Of a DNA stretch of 64,000 bases, positions 14,774 to 30,000 are shown piece after piece; within the stretch, counting starts at the first letter, position 1, and the number at the start of each line of letters is the position of its first letter. The notes under the pieces were generated by a model that worked only from the letters and a program-made list of their open reading frames with translations, was not told where the DNA came from and did not search any database. Made by a program: the position numbers and the translations under genes. Source of the stretch: the human T2T-CHM13v2.0 reference genome, Homo sapiens; assembly GCF_009914755.1 (NCBI RefSeq), contig NC_060939.1. The stretch is one strand, 5' to 3'.

Positions 14774-15896
14774 GTGAGTGCCCAGCCTCGGGCAGCTCCT
14801 GCCTTCTTGTGGGTGCCAGTCGCTGATCTTTCCTGGGATCAGCTTGCAGAGAGCTCCTGAGTCTGGGTGGGGCTAGGCCCCTTTCCTGGCCAAGGGTGGC
14901 CATCCACAGAGCTGACCCAGCCTTGGGGAGGGTGAAGACCTACCAGACGGCTGGCTGGTTGAGGCCTGGAGGTGCCCCTCTTTGCTTCCTTTCTGCCCCA
15001 TCCCCGCCCCAAGGGCCAGTGCTGAAAATGCATGGTGCCTATTGAACCAGGAGACTGAACGTGGGCACCACCCAACCAATTGCTGCCCATCTCATTTGTT
15101 GATCACTGATCAAGGACAGACCCTGGGGAGGGAGGGCCAGTCCTTCCATTGGGTCTGAGTGGTCCTGATAGCAGCCTTTGAGTCACAGAGGGCCAAGAGT
15201 TTGGAGGGGCTTTCAGTTAGGCATCACGACGTGTCCATACAGATAAGTCCAATTGCCCTGGGCTGACTGCCTGTCACTGGACTTTCACAACAGCCCTGCA
15301 GGTTGTGGGGATTGTTTGCCACTTTGTAGGTGAAGAAGATGAGGTTCAGCAAATTAAGTGTGCCCTAATGGGAGTAAAATACACTGCATATTGCATTATC
15401 TGCACTGATGGCTCTCAGATTCCCTCGCCCGGGGCAGAGCGCCACGGGTATTGGTGCATGGGTCAGCCTGGGACACATTGGCCTGGCTCGGAATACAGGA
15501 TGAGGCTGTCAGGAATTCCTGCTTTGCCCTTGAGAAAGTCCCATGGGGTCTGTGATAAGAGGAGTCCTGGCTCTGGGTCAGAACCCAAGTCCAGCCTGTG
15601 TGAGCCTGTGCCTGCCCAGCCTGTACCCTTGGGGGTCTCGGTGTACCTCTGCACCTCACTTTCCTCCTCCGTGAAGTGCCATGTTTAGTCTGGGAAGACA
15701 GACTAAAGCGACACAGTGTGGGGCACCCAGCACAGTGATTTGCACAAAGCAAGGCCTCAATAAACTTCTTGTGTTGTCTTTCACGAGTTCTCCAGACTTG
15801 CCAGCGTTCAGGACAAACCTCTCAGGGAAACAGAGAAGCAGCAGCGCTTCCTCGGAGTGGGGCATGATGAGTAAAGACGGGTCTTTTTGCTCACAG

Positions 15897-16017
15897 TGAG
15901 ATTTCCTGCAAGAGCCTGGAAGGTCAGGAAGGGCTGCGACAGCTGATTTTCCACGTCACGTGCAGCATGAAGGACGTCGGCAGCACCATCGGCTGCCAGC
16001 GACTGGCAGGGCGGCTG
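15897..16017 (+). CDS. LRRK1: LRRK1 exon (ROC G5, EISCKSLEG)
   Basis: tcacag| acceptor, |gtgggt donor, 121 nt. Confidence 0.94.
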
Positions 16018-16273
16018 GTGGGTACCTTGCTGGTCCAGTTTAAACCAGTCTGCCTGCTTCCCATTGTTGGGGGTCCTCACTTCCCCCTCTCTCCTGTGAA
16101 GCCCATGTCTGTGTGGCAAGGCTCGGTGGTTCCTGGTGAGGGAGGGTCAGGATGGAAGATAGTGGGTGGAAACGTCCCACCCCCTCAGGCCACAGGGGCC
16201 GGGCAGGATCTGCCCAAGCTGGCAGGTGTGCCTTGGGACCTGAGAGACCCTGCCTCGCCCAACTGTCCCCCAG

Positions 16274-16433
16274 ATCCCCAGGAGCTACCTGAGCCTGCAG
16301 GAGGCCGTGCTGGCAGAGCAGCAGCGCCGCAGCCGGGACGACGACGTGCAGTACCTGACGGACAGGCAGCTGGAGCAGCTGGTGGAGCAGACGCCCGACA
16401 ACGACATCAAGGACTACGAGGACCTGCAGTCAG
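16274..16433 (+). CDS. LRRK1: LRRK1 exon (COR-A; [13 protein letters not shown]...EDLQS)
   Basis: ccccag| acceptor, |gtgggt donor, 160 nt. Confidence 0.95.
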
Positions 16434-16730
16434 GTGGGTGGGGCTGGGGTAGGTGGCAGGGTGCCCGTGAGAAATGGAACTGTCTGTACTTGCTAACTTC
16501 AGCTTGGCCTCAGTAATGAATGAGAGACCGACACCCAGCCTGCGTTTCTGCCTTCCATCCCCCTCCCCTTCCTTCTTCCCTCTCACCCTTCTTTCCTTGG
16601 AGGGAGAGAACACAAACAGCTACTCTACACCAGCATTGTGTTTGCCACGAGGACAGACATACAAGCTGATGGACTGGCGCCTGCCCTCCGGGGCTGATAT
16701 TCAGTCAGGGAGACAGAGGTCAAACAGTTA

Positions 16731-17362
16731 CAATCGATTCTCATTAGCCACAGGACTTACGTTCTGTAAAGTCACCGCGATCACTGAAATAGCAAATACG
16801 GAACCAGTGCTCCTAGGAGAGACGCAGCGTTGGGCTCCTGCGAGCCTCTGGTCACCACATACTCACCAGCCCGTCAGTACAGAACCTTGTTTTATGTGTG
16901 TTGCTGCGTAAAGATGCCATACTTAATATATGTTGTTGATTTGTTGGCATTGAACTCACGGCTGACAGCACTATTGCTCATTCGTGAACAAAGCTTATCT
17001 AACACACAGGTTTCCTCCATAAGGCACATCGCAGCCTTCTCACGCTTAGGGAACTACACAGCGTTTCAGCACTTCACTAGGGACCATTTTGAACAGTGAA
17101 AGCGTCAACAAAAAGCACAAAAATTCAAAAAACATGGCACTGACATAGACCACTAAGCAGGCAGCTGTTTTCAGCATGAGAGCTGAGAGAGTTGTCCTGT
17201 TCAGCCTCTGCTGGCAACGTGCACATTGGTCAATGCAAATTTTTCACCACTCAGCACATGTCTGCAAATAACCGCAGGAGTGCTGATTTGGAGGTTGCAG
17301 ATCAATCTTAGCAAGAAGGTGAATTTGCAAAGGCAAAATCCACAAATAATGAGGATCAAGTG
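16731..17362 (+). mobile_element. MER82 (TcMar-Tigger) remnant
   Basis: Terminal inverted repeats caatcgattctcatta / taatgaggatcaagtg flanked by TA; internal sequence matches recalled MER82. Confidence 0.8.
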
Positions 17363-17590
17363 TAGTTACCCAGGCGGCCATCAGCCTAGGACTTTGGCAA
17401 GAGTTACCAGGGGCCACCAGGGCACCTGTGATCAGGCTGCCAGCCCACCTGAAGGGTCCAGCATGTGGGACATGTTGGTTTCTTCTCAGGAATAATTTGT
17501 GACCTGGGTCCTCTTGGAAAGAGGGCCACCCCAGAGTCCCTTTCGCTCCTTTGTCTAACTGCTGCTTCCTCCTCTCCTTGCCTGGGGCAG

Positions 17591-17867
17591 CCATCAGCTT
17601 CCTCATAGAAACCGGCACCCTGCTCCATTTCCCGGACACCAGCCACGGCCTGAGGAACCTCTACTTCCTCGACCCTATTTGGCTCTCCGAATGTCTGCAG
17701 AGGATCTTTAATATTAAGGGCTCTCGGTCAGTGGCCAAGAATGGGGTGATCAGAGCAGAAGACCTCAGGATGCTGCTGGTGGGGACTGGCTTCACGCAGC
17801 AGACGGAAGAGCAGTACTTCCAGTTCCTGGCCAAGTTTGAGATCGCCCTGCCCGTCGCCAATGACAG
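17591..17867 (+). CDS. LRRK1: LRRK1 exon (COR-A; [14 protein letters not shown]...LDPIWL...PVAND)
   Basis: gggcag| acceptor, |gtgagg donor, 277 nt. Confidence 0.96.
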
Positions 17868-18114
17868 GTGAGGACACAACTTAACACGCCAGGCTGTGCA
17901 GGTTGCTCCCCGAAAGAGGGAGTTGGGGTCTGGAGCCACTGGTGGCCTGAACAAGATTTCCAGGGATCAGTGCTGCCACTGCTGCCCCCTACGGACAGGC
18001 CAGCACCCGATGACCTGCCTGCCGGGCCTGGGTCAGCAGGACAGTGAGCACGGCTGGCCGCTCCCTCCTGTGCCACGGGCTTCTCTGTTCAGGGAGTTAA
18101 AAGAAATCCACTTA

Positions 18115-18591
<477 letters not shown>

Positions 18592-20292
18592 TCATGAGAG
18601 CAACATCATCAGCTACTCCAGGGTGGATGGTCCGAGGGTCAAATAGAGGCATTCCATATAGTAGCTGATCATTGCCTCTTTCTGTGGACTTCTCCTGGAT
18701 CTGTAACATACCCAGGTCTCCCCAGTCCTAAACTGCAAACAAAACAAATGAGCCTCTCCTCCTTTTCCTCCTTTTCTTGCTCCCCAGCACCTGCCGCTCC
18801 TCATGACTTTGTGCTGGTCGCCAGGTAGCCCTCTAGGTGCCCCCAGGTACCTCTCCTGTCCTCTGCTGACCCTGCCCCAAGTACTGACCCTCCCCTCTGG
18901 AGGGCCTTCTCCATGAGAGGACCTTGCCACCCTCCCTTCCAGCCCGCAGTGTCCTCAGCAGGCCCCTCCCCTGCACTTTGCCCAAGCCATCAATTCAGCT
19001 GCCTTGGTCCTCCATGCAGCTTTGGGGTCCTCCTTGGTCCGCCAAAGGAAGAATCCTCAGATTTTCAGCAGGGCCCAGCCTCCAGAGGCTCAGGCCTGAG
19101 CTTCCAAATTGCTCCCACCTGGAAGTCTGGCACGGTGACTGACACAGCATGTCTGAGACACCTGCCTTCTCTCCTCTGCTGTGTGGTCCCACCGATCACC
19201 TTCCCCCACGCCCCACCCACGGAACTGTGCTCAGGGAGTGGCACTCTAGGCTCCAAATTCCTCCCTGTACCCCTGACACCCACTCCTCACCCCACCTGGA
19301 ATGACATGGCCCTGCCATCTCCCAGTGAAACAATTCTGTTGACAGCCCCTTTCCTCCTTGTGACACCCATACCTGCTTCTGTTTTTGTTTGTTTATTTAC
19401 AAAGATTTTTTCCATCAGTTATCGGGGTACAGTTGGTATTTGGTTACGTAAGTTCTTTAGTGGTGATTTATGAGATTTCTGGCGCACCATCACCCGAACA
19501 GTATACACTGCACCCTATTTGTGTCTTTTATCCCTCGCCCACCTCCCACTCTCCCCCAAGTCCCCAAAGTCCATTGTGTCATTCTTACGCCTTTGCATCC
19601 TGACAGCTTAGCTCCCACATATCAGTGAGAACATACGATGTTGGGTTTCCCATTCCTGAGTTACTTCACTTAGAATAATAGTCTCCCGTCTCCTCCAGGT
19701 CACTGCAAACGCTGTTAATTCATCCCTTTTTATGGCTGAGTAGTGTTCCATCATAGGTAAAGTTTACTTACAGTGAAATGCCCGGATCGCTAGTGTTCAA
19801 AACAATGACTTTTGACAAATGCATACAACTGTGCAAGCAGCACCTGCCTGAAGACACAGAATGTTCCTGTCATACTGGAACTTCCGCCAGACGCCCTTCC
19901 AGTCGCTTCCCATCCGTGTCAGCACCAGCACTCTGACTTCCAGCACCAGAGCCTACTGTTTCCTGTTCTTGAACTTCTCAACCGCACAGAGTCACGCGAT
20001 ACGGTCTCTAATTGGCTTCTCGCACTAAACATCATGCCTTTGAGATCCATCCATGCGGTTGTGTGTATCAGGAGTTTGTTCTTTCTGTTGCTGAGTAGTA
20101 TTCCATTGTATGGCTTTACTGCAATTTGTTTATCCACTCAGCTCTTGATAGGCATTTGGATGGTTTCCAACTTTGGGCTATGATGAATAACACTGCTGTA
20201 AACAGTCTTAAGTCTTTTTGGAGACACATGTTTTCATTTCTCTTGGATCAAAACCAGGAGTGGAATTGCTGGATAATAGAGTGTAAGTTTAA

Positions 20293-20667
<375 letters not shown>

Positions 20668-20925
20668 TCCTCCCCAATATTTGTTGTCTGTAGGTCTTTC
20701 TGATTTTAGCTATTCCAGTGGATGTGAGCTTGTACTTGACTGTGGCTTTACTTTACATTTTCTTCATGACTAATGAGGTCGAGCACCTTTCGTGAGCTTA
20801 TTGGCCGTTGGTATATCTTCTTCTGTGAAGTGTCTATTCAAGTTTTATGCCTATTTTATGATTAGAATGTTTTCCTTTTTGGTACTGATATGTACTTCTT
20901 TATATCTTCTGGATACAAGTTCTTT

Positions 20926-21075
20926 TTTTTTTATTCTTTAAGTTCTAGGGTACATGTGCACAACGTGCAGGTTTGTTACATATGTACACATGTGCCATAT
21001 TGTGCTGCACCCATTAACTCGTCATTTAACATGAGGTGTATCTCCTAATGCTATCCCTCCCCCCTCCCCCTACCC
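20926..21075 (-). mobile_element. 5'-truncated L1PA 3' end with 14-bp TSD
   Basis: agttctagggtacatgtgcacaacgtgcagg; gatacaagttcttt at 20912-20925 and 21076-21089. Confidence 0.9.
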
Positions 21076-24000
21076 GATACAAGTTCTTTCTCAGATATAT
21101 GATTTGCAAATATTTTCTCCCAGTCTGTGACTTCCTTTTTTTATATTAATGAAGTCTAACTTTTAAATTGTGTGATTATTGCTTTTTATGTCATCTTTAA
21201 GAAATATTTGCTTATACCACAATCTTGACAATCTTTCTTTATTTTTCTTCTAGAAGGTTTGTAGTTTAGCTTTTACTTCCAGGTCTATAATCTATGTCAA
21301 ATTAATTTTTGTATATGGGGTGAAGTAGGGGTCGAGGTCCATTTTTTTCCTGTATATTATCCCATTGTTCCAGAACCATTTGTTGGAAAGACTTTCCTTT
21401 CCCCATGGAATTATCTTGGTTTCTTTATCAAAAATCAGTTATGTGGGTTTATTTCAGGACTCTATTTTGTTCCACTAATATATATGCCTATCCTTATGCC
21501 AGTGCCAAACCCCACTGATTATTGTAGCTTTAGAGTAAGACTTGAAATCAGGTTGCGTGAGCGTTTTGTATTAGTTTCCTGTGATTGCTGTAAGATACCA
21601 TGAATGTGGCATCTTAAAACAACACACATTTTTCTGGAGGCCAGAAGTCCAAAGTAAGTTTCCCTGGTCCAAAGTCAAGGGGTCAGCAGGATCATGCTGC
21701 CTCTGAAGGCTCTAGAAGAAAATCCATTTTCTTATCTTTTCCAGTCTCTAGAGCTGCATTTCTTAGCTCACATTTCTTTTATCAATACGTAATATTTTAC
21801 GTATTTATGGGGTACAGGTGAGTAGTTTTTACATGTGTAGAATGTGGAATGATCAAGTCAGGGTATTTGGGGTATCCATCACTTTGAGTATTTATCCTTT
21901 CTATGTGTTGGTATCATTTCAAGTCCTGGCTTCTAACCACTTTGAAATATACCATATATTCTTGCTAACTATCGTCACCCTAGTCTGCTATTAACCATTA
22001 GAACTTATTTCTTCTAACTGTATGTCTGTACCCATTCACCAACCTCTCTTCCTCCCACTCTCACACCCTTCCTAGCTTCTAGTATCTGTCATGCTATTTT
22101 CTATCTTCATAAGATCAAGTTTTTTAGCTCCCACATATGAGTGGGAGCATGCAGTATTTGTTTCTCTTTGCCTGGTTTATTTCATTTAATGTAATGACTT
22201 ACAGTTTCATCCATGTTGCTGCAAATGACATGATTTCATTCTCTTTTACAGCCAAGTAGTATTCCATTGTGTATATGGACCTTTCTTTATCCATTTCTCC
22301 ATTGATGGACACTTAGGTTGGTTCCTTATCTTTGCTATTTTGAATAGTGCTGCAATAGATAAGGGAATCCAGGTATCCCTTTAATACCTGGTTTCTTTTC
22401 CTTTGTATAAATACCCACTAGTGGGATTGCTGGATTGTATGGTAGTTCTATTTTTAGTTGTTTGAGAAATCGCCATACTATTTTCCACAGAGGCTGTACT
22501 AATTTACATTACAGCCAACAGCGTATAAGAGTTTTTCTTTTCTCTGCGTCCTCACCAGCATCTGTTATTTTTTGGTTTTCTGATAGTAGCTGTTCAACTG
22601 GGGTTATATGATATCTCATTGTGGTTTTGATTTGCATTTCCCTGATGATTCATGGTGTTGAGCATTTTTCATATACCTGTTGGCCATTCATATGTCTTCT
22701 TTTGAAAAATGTCTATTCATGTCCTTTGCCTTCTTTTGAGATTATTTGAGTTTTATTGAGTTGTTTGAATTTCTTGTAAATTGTGGATATTAGTTCCTTG
22801 TTGGATGAATACTTTGCAAATATTTTCTCTCATTCAACAGGTCTCTTCACTCTGCTAATTGTTTCTTATGCAGTGAAGAAGCCATTTAGTTTAATATAGT
22901 ACTATTTGTCTATTTTTGTTTTAGTTGTTTGTGTTTTCGAGGTCTTAGCCATAAAACCTTTGCCTAGACCAATGTCCTGAAGTGCTTACCCTGTTTTCTT
23001 CTAGTAGTTTATAGTTTGGGGTCTTAAATTTAAGGCTTTAATCCATTTTGAGTTGATTTTTGTATGTGGTAAGAGATAGGGGGTCTAGTTCCATTCTTCT
23101 CCATATGGATATCCAATTTTCCCAGCACCATTTATTGAAGAGGGTGTATTTTCTCCACTGTATGTTCTTAGCACCTTTGTTGAGAATCAGTTGACTGTAA
23201 ATATGTGGATTTATTTCTGGGTTCTCTATTTTGTTCCATTAGTCTAGGTGTCTATTTTTATACTGATATCATGCTGTTTTGGTTACTATAGCTTTGTAGT
23301 ATATTTTGAAGTCAGATAGTGTGATTCCTCCAGCTTTGTTCTTTTTGCTCAGGATTGCTTTAGCTATTCAATCTCTTGTTTGGTTCCATATGAATTTTAG
23401 AATCCATTATTGATCTGTTCAGGTTTACTTTTTATTCCTGATTAACTTTGGGTAAGGTTTTATATTTCTGGGAATTTGTCTGTTTTTTTTTCCTAGGCTT
23501 TGCAGTTTGTTAACATATAGTTCTTCATAGTAGTCTCTGATGATCTTTTGTATTTCGGTGGTATCAGTTGTAATGTCTCCTTTTTCATTACCAATTTTGG
23601 TTATTTGGGTCTTTTCTCTTCTTGGTTACTCTAGCTAGTGATTTATCAATTTTGTTTATCTTTTTGAAGAATCAACTTTTCATTTAATTGATCCTTTGTA
23701 TTGTTTTTTAAGTCTGTATTCCATTTTATTTCTGCTCTGACCCTTATTTATTATGTGGTTTCTTTCCTTCTGCTGATTTTGGGTTTGGTTTGTAAATGTC
23801 TGTAAGGTCCTTTTGGTCTCAAGTCATTTAAATCCAATGTTTTTTTGATGAGTTTCTGTCTAGATGATCTGTCTAATGCTGAGAGTGGTATGTTTAAGTG
23901 CCATACTATTATAGTATTAGAATATATCTCTCTCTCTAGATCTAGTAATATTTGCTTTATGAATCTGGGTGCTCCAATGTTGGGTGCATATATATTGATA

Positions 24001-26444
24001 TTGTTATATTCTCTTGTTGGATTGATCCCTTTATCATTTCTTCTTTGTCTTTTTACTGTTTTTGACTTAAAGTCTGTTTTGTCTGATACAAGTATAGCGA
24101 TGTCTGCTTGCTTTTGGCTACTATTTGCATGGAATATCTTTTTGCAATGCTTTACTTTCAGTCTATGTGTGTCTTTACAGATAAAGTGAGTTTCTTATTG
24201 GTAGCATATAATTGAATCATGTTTTTTTAATCCATTCAGCCAGTGTACACCTTTTAAGTGGAGAATTTAATACACTTACATTCAAGGCAATTATTAATAT
24301 GTGAGGTTTTGTTCCTGTCCTATTGTTAATTATTTTCTGGTTGTTTTTATATATTCTTTGTTCCTTTATTTCTCTCTTACTGCTTATCATTGTGGTTTGG
24401 TGGTTTTCTGTGGTGGTACCATTTGAGTCCTTTCTCTTCCTCATTTGAGTGTTTGCTTTACCAGTGATTTTTATACTTTTGTGTGTTTTCATGATGTTAA
24501 ATGTCACTTTTCTTTTTGCTTCCAGGTTAAGGATCCCTTGAGCAGTTCTTATAGGGCCAGTCTATTAGTGACATAAGGTTTCTGCTGAGGAATCTGCTGT
24601 TAGTCTAATGGGGTCTCTTAGGTGACTAGATTCTTTTCTATTGCTGTATTTAGAATTCTCTCTTTGACTTTAGACAACTTGACTATAATGTGCCATGGAG
24701 AAGACCTTCTTGCATTATCTCTGTTTGGGGATCTCAGAGCCTCCTGTATCTGGATGTCTAAATACCTTGCTAGACGTAGGAAGTTTTCATCTCTTATTTT
24801 GTTAAATAGGTTTTCCTAACCCTTTCATTCTCTCTTCACCTTCTGGGACTCCAGTAATTTAAATACTTGGTTGCTTTATGGTGTCCCATATATCACTCAT
24901 CGAGAAAATATTTACTCATTATTTTCTTCATTTTTCTTTATTTTTGTCTAACTCTGTTTTTTTCATAAGACTTGTCTTCAAGTTCTGAGATTATGATTCT
25001 GCTTGATCTAGCCTATTGTTGAAGCTTTTGAATGTATTTTATATTTCACTCAATGAATTCTTCAGTCCCAGAATTTCCATTTGGTTTCTTTTAAATGATA
25101 TTAATATCTATCTCTTTGGTAAATTTATCATTTGTATCCTGAATTGTTTTTCTGATTTCTTTGTATTTTTTTTAGAATTTTCTTCTATCTCACTGAGCTC
25201 CTTTAGTATCAGAATTTTTAATTATTTTTCCAGGATTTTATAAATTTGTTCTTGATTAGGCTGTATGGCTGGAGAATTATTGTTTTCCTTTGGAAGTATC
25301 ATATGTCCTTGCTTTTTCATGTTTCCTGTGTCCTTACATTGATATCTGTGCATCTGGTGTAACAGTCACTTCTTCCAGTATTTGAATTTGCCTTCACAGG
25401 GGAGAACTTTCTCCTGAAGATGCATCTGTGGTGTTGGTTCAGTAGGGCACTTTGGCTTTCATTCTATGTAGATGCAGTAGTGTAATCTGTATTATTTCTT
25501 TGGCTATAAACAATGTCAGTGGCATCTGTGATTTCCTCAGTAATTTAGGGTGCAGTTGTTAGTGGAGCTTGTGGGGAAGTTTTGCTGGGAACAGGGATGC
25601 CAGGTGGGCCAGTCTTTGGGCCCCAGTGGTGGCAGCAGGCATGCCTCTCCTTGGACCCCAGGGTGGTATACACTGGCACCAGTGTTAGAGGGTCCAGACA
25701 GGCCTATTCTTGGGCTTCCAGGAGGCTTACTTGGATGTTGGTAGTGGCATCAGTGGGCCAGGTAGGTGGCTGGGTTCTCAGGTCCCTAGGCAGCTGGCAT
25801 GGTGTGGGTAATGGCAGTGGAAGTGGCAGGAAAACCTTGTAGGTCCTGAGCAGTGCATGCTGGTATTGGCAGTGGCTGCAATGGGCTGGTTGGGCTTGTG
25901 CACAGGGCCACGGGTGACATGTGCAAGTAGGTACCAGCTGTAGTGGTAACAGCAGAGTCGGTAAGCCCAACCTTAGGCCCTCAGGAGAAGTGGTCAGGTA
26001 CCACTGATGGTGGACTGAACCACTGAGCTGGGCAGTCCCTCAGCCCTAGTCCACATGCTCTGGCACAGGGGCCAGGGGACATGAAGCCAGGTCAGGTGGG
26101 CTTGTATTCAGGCCCCTCAATGGTGTGTACAGGTACCAGCCATGGTAGGCAGGAGTGAAGTGATCCCCAGGCCAGCAATGGAATGCTCAGGCTGGGGACA
26201 TCAGTGGCCACACTGCTGCCCTGCCACTGGGGAGGGTGGGCCACCTTCAGTGGCAACAGATTAGGCTGGTGGGTGGGGAACATATGCCACTCACACCTTA
26301 GCCTTTAAGGTGGTAGCCTATGCCTCACTCACACCTCAGCCCCAGGGGTAGCAGCCCACATTTCTCTTGCACCTCAGCCCCAGCACCACTGGGCTCCCGG
26401 ACAGTACACAGTCTGTTGGGGACAGGGCTGTAAAATGGCTCCTT

Positions 26445-27023
26445 GCAGATTTCTTAAAGAACTAAAAGTAGGTTACCATTTGATCCAGCAATCTCACTAC
26501 TGGCTATCTACCCAGAGGAAAAGAAGTCATTATACAAAAAAGATACTTGCACACACATGTTTATAACAGCACAATTCCTAATTGCAAAAATATGGAACCA
26601 TCCCAAATGTGCATCAATCAATAATTGGATTAAAAAAATTGTGGTATATATACACCATAGAATACTACTCAGCCATATAAAGGAATAAAATAATGGCATC
26701 TGCAGCAACCTGGATGAATTGGAGACCATTATTGTAAGTGAAGTAACTCAGGAATGGAAAACTAAACATCATATGTTCCAAATTATAATTGGGAGTTAAG
26801 CTATGAGAATGCAAAGGCATAAGAATAATACAATGGATTTTGGGGACTCAGGGGAAAGGGTGGGAGGGGATGAGAGATAAAAAACTACACATCAGGTACT
26901 GTGTACACTGCTCAGGTGATGGGAGTGCCAAAATCTCAGAAATCACCACTGAAGAACTTTATCACGTAACCAAACACCACCTGCTCCCCAAAGCCCTATT
27001 GAAATTAAAAATTAAAATATAAA
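26445..27023 (+). mobile_element. L1PB-like 3' end, sense orientation
   Basis: gatttcttaaagaactaaaagtag...ccatttgatccagcaatc...gaattggagaccattatt plus A-rich tail; diverged TSD aaaatggctcctt/aaattgcctcctt. Confidence 0.85.
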
Positions 27024-30000
27024 TAAATTGCCTCCTTAGTGTGGCTGCTCAGGTCTCAGAGAGTGTGAGACCTAGAGTGAGCACCCTCCGAGCAGTGCCA
27101 TTGCACAATCTCCCATCAGTTAGTTTCAGGGCCCACAAAGGGTGAGGGGCTCTCCTGTGCCTTGGATTTCAGGAGTCCAGAGTGGGAATGTCGACCACTG
27201 GGGATCTCTCACTTACCTTTCCCCACACTGGGGAGTCTCTCTCAGCTCTCAGCCTAGCAGGCTGCCTTGCTTCCTTGTCCTTCCTTGCCTTAGGTATTTC
27301 CTGTCACTTTTCTGTTGAATTCCAGTGTTCCCTCTTGGATGATCTATTCAACGTGTGATTATCTACTCACTATTTTGCCTCTTCTCAGTGTCAGAGGCAA
27401 GTCTGAAATGCCTCTAGTCAGCCATCTTGAAGCCGTCCCTCCCAGCAGCATGGCACCCTGCGCCAGTGGCCATCTTGCCTTCTTCTGTGCAAATCTCTCT
27501 CTTCCCCCATCTTTTAAGCACACTTGTGGCTGCACTTAAGGTCCACCCAGATAATGTGGGATCTTTCCCCCATTTCAAAGTCCATAACTTAATCACATCT
27601 ACAAAGTCTCTATTTCCATGTAAGGTAACAATCACAGTTCTAGGGTTTAGGACCTGGATATTTTGGGGCTCATTATTCAGCATATGACACCCTCCAATTT
27701 TGTTCTTCTGTTTCAAGATTATTTTGGATTATTCTAGATCCTTTGCATTTTCATCTAAATTTTAGAATCAGCTTGTCTGATTCTTAAAAAACCGTTGTGA
27801 TTTTTATGGAGATTACATTGAATCTATAGATCAAAGAAAGCTGACATCTTAGAAATATTGAATCTTCCAATATGAACATGGTATATCTCTCATTTATTTT
27901 GGTTTTTAAAAAGTTTCTCTCCACGGTGGTTTGTTTTCAGTATTCAGATTTCCTGCATCTTTTGTTAAATTTGTGTCTACATAATTTATGTTCTCCGATA
28001 TGGGTAAATGACATATCTTCTAATTTGATTTCCATTTCTTGTTGCTGGTATACAGAAATATAATTTATTTTTAAATATTTACCTTATATCCAAAAACCTT
28101 GCTAAATTCACCTATTAGCTCCAGTAGATTTTTCAGGATTTTCTAAGTATGCTTCTTTTTTGAAAAAAAGACAGTTTTACTTTTTTCATTCTAATCTTCA
28201 CATATTTTTTTGCTCTGTTTGCCTGATTGCATTGGCTCGGATCTCTAGCGAAGGTTTAAATAGAAGGCATGAGAGAAGGCGTCATTCTGTGTGATCTCAG
28301 GGGGGAAGCATTCAGTCTTTCACCATCAAGTGTGATGTTTTCTGCAGAGCTTTGTTATCCATGGAAACTTTATCAGATTGAGGAAGTTCCCTTTTATTCC
28401 CAGTTTGCTAAAAGCTTTTATCATAAATGGGTACTGAATTTTGTCCCCCAAAAATGCTTGTTCTGCCTCTGTTAATTTTTTTCTTCAGTTATTTTTCTGT
28501 TAAATATGTTGATGGATTTTCAAATGTTAAACCAACTTTGTATTCCCAAGATTCATACCAAGTGTTCATGATTTATTATCTTTTTTATCTAATGCTAGAT
28601 TTCAGTGGCTCCTATTTTGCATAAGAATTTTTTAATCTATGTTCATGAGGGATATTGGTTGGTACTTTGATGAAAAGTCTTTATGGGTTATCAGACATAG
28701 GCTGTCTTCATAAAATGAATTGAAAAGATTTTTTTCCTTCTCTATTTTCTTCAAGATTTTGTATAAGATTGGTGTTAGACCTTCCTTAACAGTTTGATAG
28801 AATTTATAGCCTGGAGTTTACTTCACAAGAGGATTTTTAATTACAAATTCAATCTATTTATTAGCTATAGGGTTATTAAAATTTTCTATTCTTGTGTCAG
28901 TTTTGGTAAGTTATTTTTTTTTCAATAAATTTTTTCATTTCATCTATGGTGCAGAATATATTAATATAAAGATATTTAAAATATCTCTGGAATGTGTAGT
29001 GATATGCTCTCTCTCCTGATATTAATAATATGTCTTTTCTCTCATTCTTTCTTGATCAGTCTTGCTAAGTGTTTATCAAATTTTTGGAACCGTTTTAAAG
29101 AACGAACCGTTGCCATTGCTGATTTCTTCTATTATTTTTCTCTTTTATTTCATCTATTACTGCTCTTTATTATTGTCTTCCTTCAGCTAACTTTGGGTTT
29201 AATTTGTGCTTCTTGTTCTTCCTTCTTAAGGTAGAAGCTTAGGTCATTTATTTTAAGCCTTTCCTATTTTCTATGTAAGCATTTAAAGCCATAACTTTCT
29301 AAGCACTGCTTTATATGACAAATACAACTAATTTTGCTATGTTGTGTTTTTATCATTTAGTTCGAAAGATTTTCTAATATATCTTATATTATTTTGGTCA
29401 GAGAATATATTCTAAGATTTCTGTATTTTGAAATTCACTGAGACTTATTTTATGGGCCAATGTGTGATCTTTCCCAGTGAAAGTCTGGAGTGCACACAAG
29501 AAACGAGTTTTCTGTGTTGTGGCTGTAGTATCTTATAAACCTTAATTAGCTCAGAGTGGTAAACAACGTGTTCAAATCTTCCGTATTCTCACTGATTTTT
29601 TTCCTACTCATTCTATCAATTACTAAGAGAGAGATGGTAAAATATCTAATGATAAGTCTACCTCTCTCTCCAGTTCTGACAGGCTTTGTTTTATATATTT
29701 TGAAGCCATTATTGGTTACATATACACATTGGTGTCATGCCTGTGTAATGAAGTGACCCTTTTTTCATTATACAATGTTTCTCTTTATCACTGGTAATAC
29801 TCCTTTTCTTGAAGTCTATTTTGTCTGATGTTAAAATAGCCACACCAGCTCTTTTAGTTCTACCTGGGTTTTTTCCCTATTCTTCTAGTAGCAGGTTATG
29901 ATCTCTATAAAAAAGGAATCTCTTGCTGACAGCACATTATCCAATCTGATAATCTCTGCCTTTTAATAGGAATATTTGATTCATTTACATTTATCATAAT

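Noticed and set aside
23845-25243. Short ORFs inside the L1 block
   Set aside because: Decayed antisense L1 with many stops; no intact ORF1 or ORF2.
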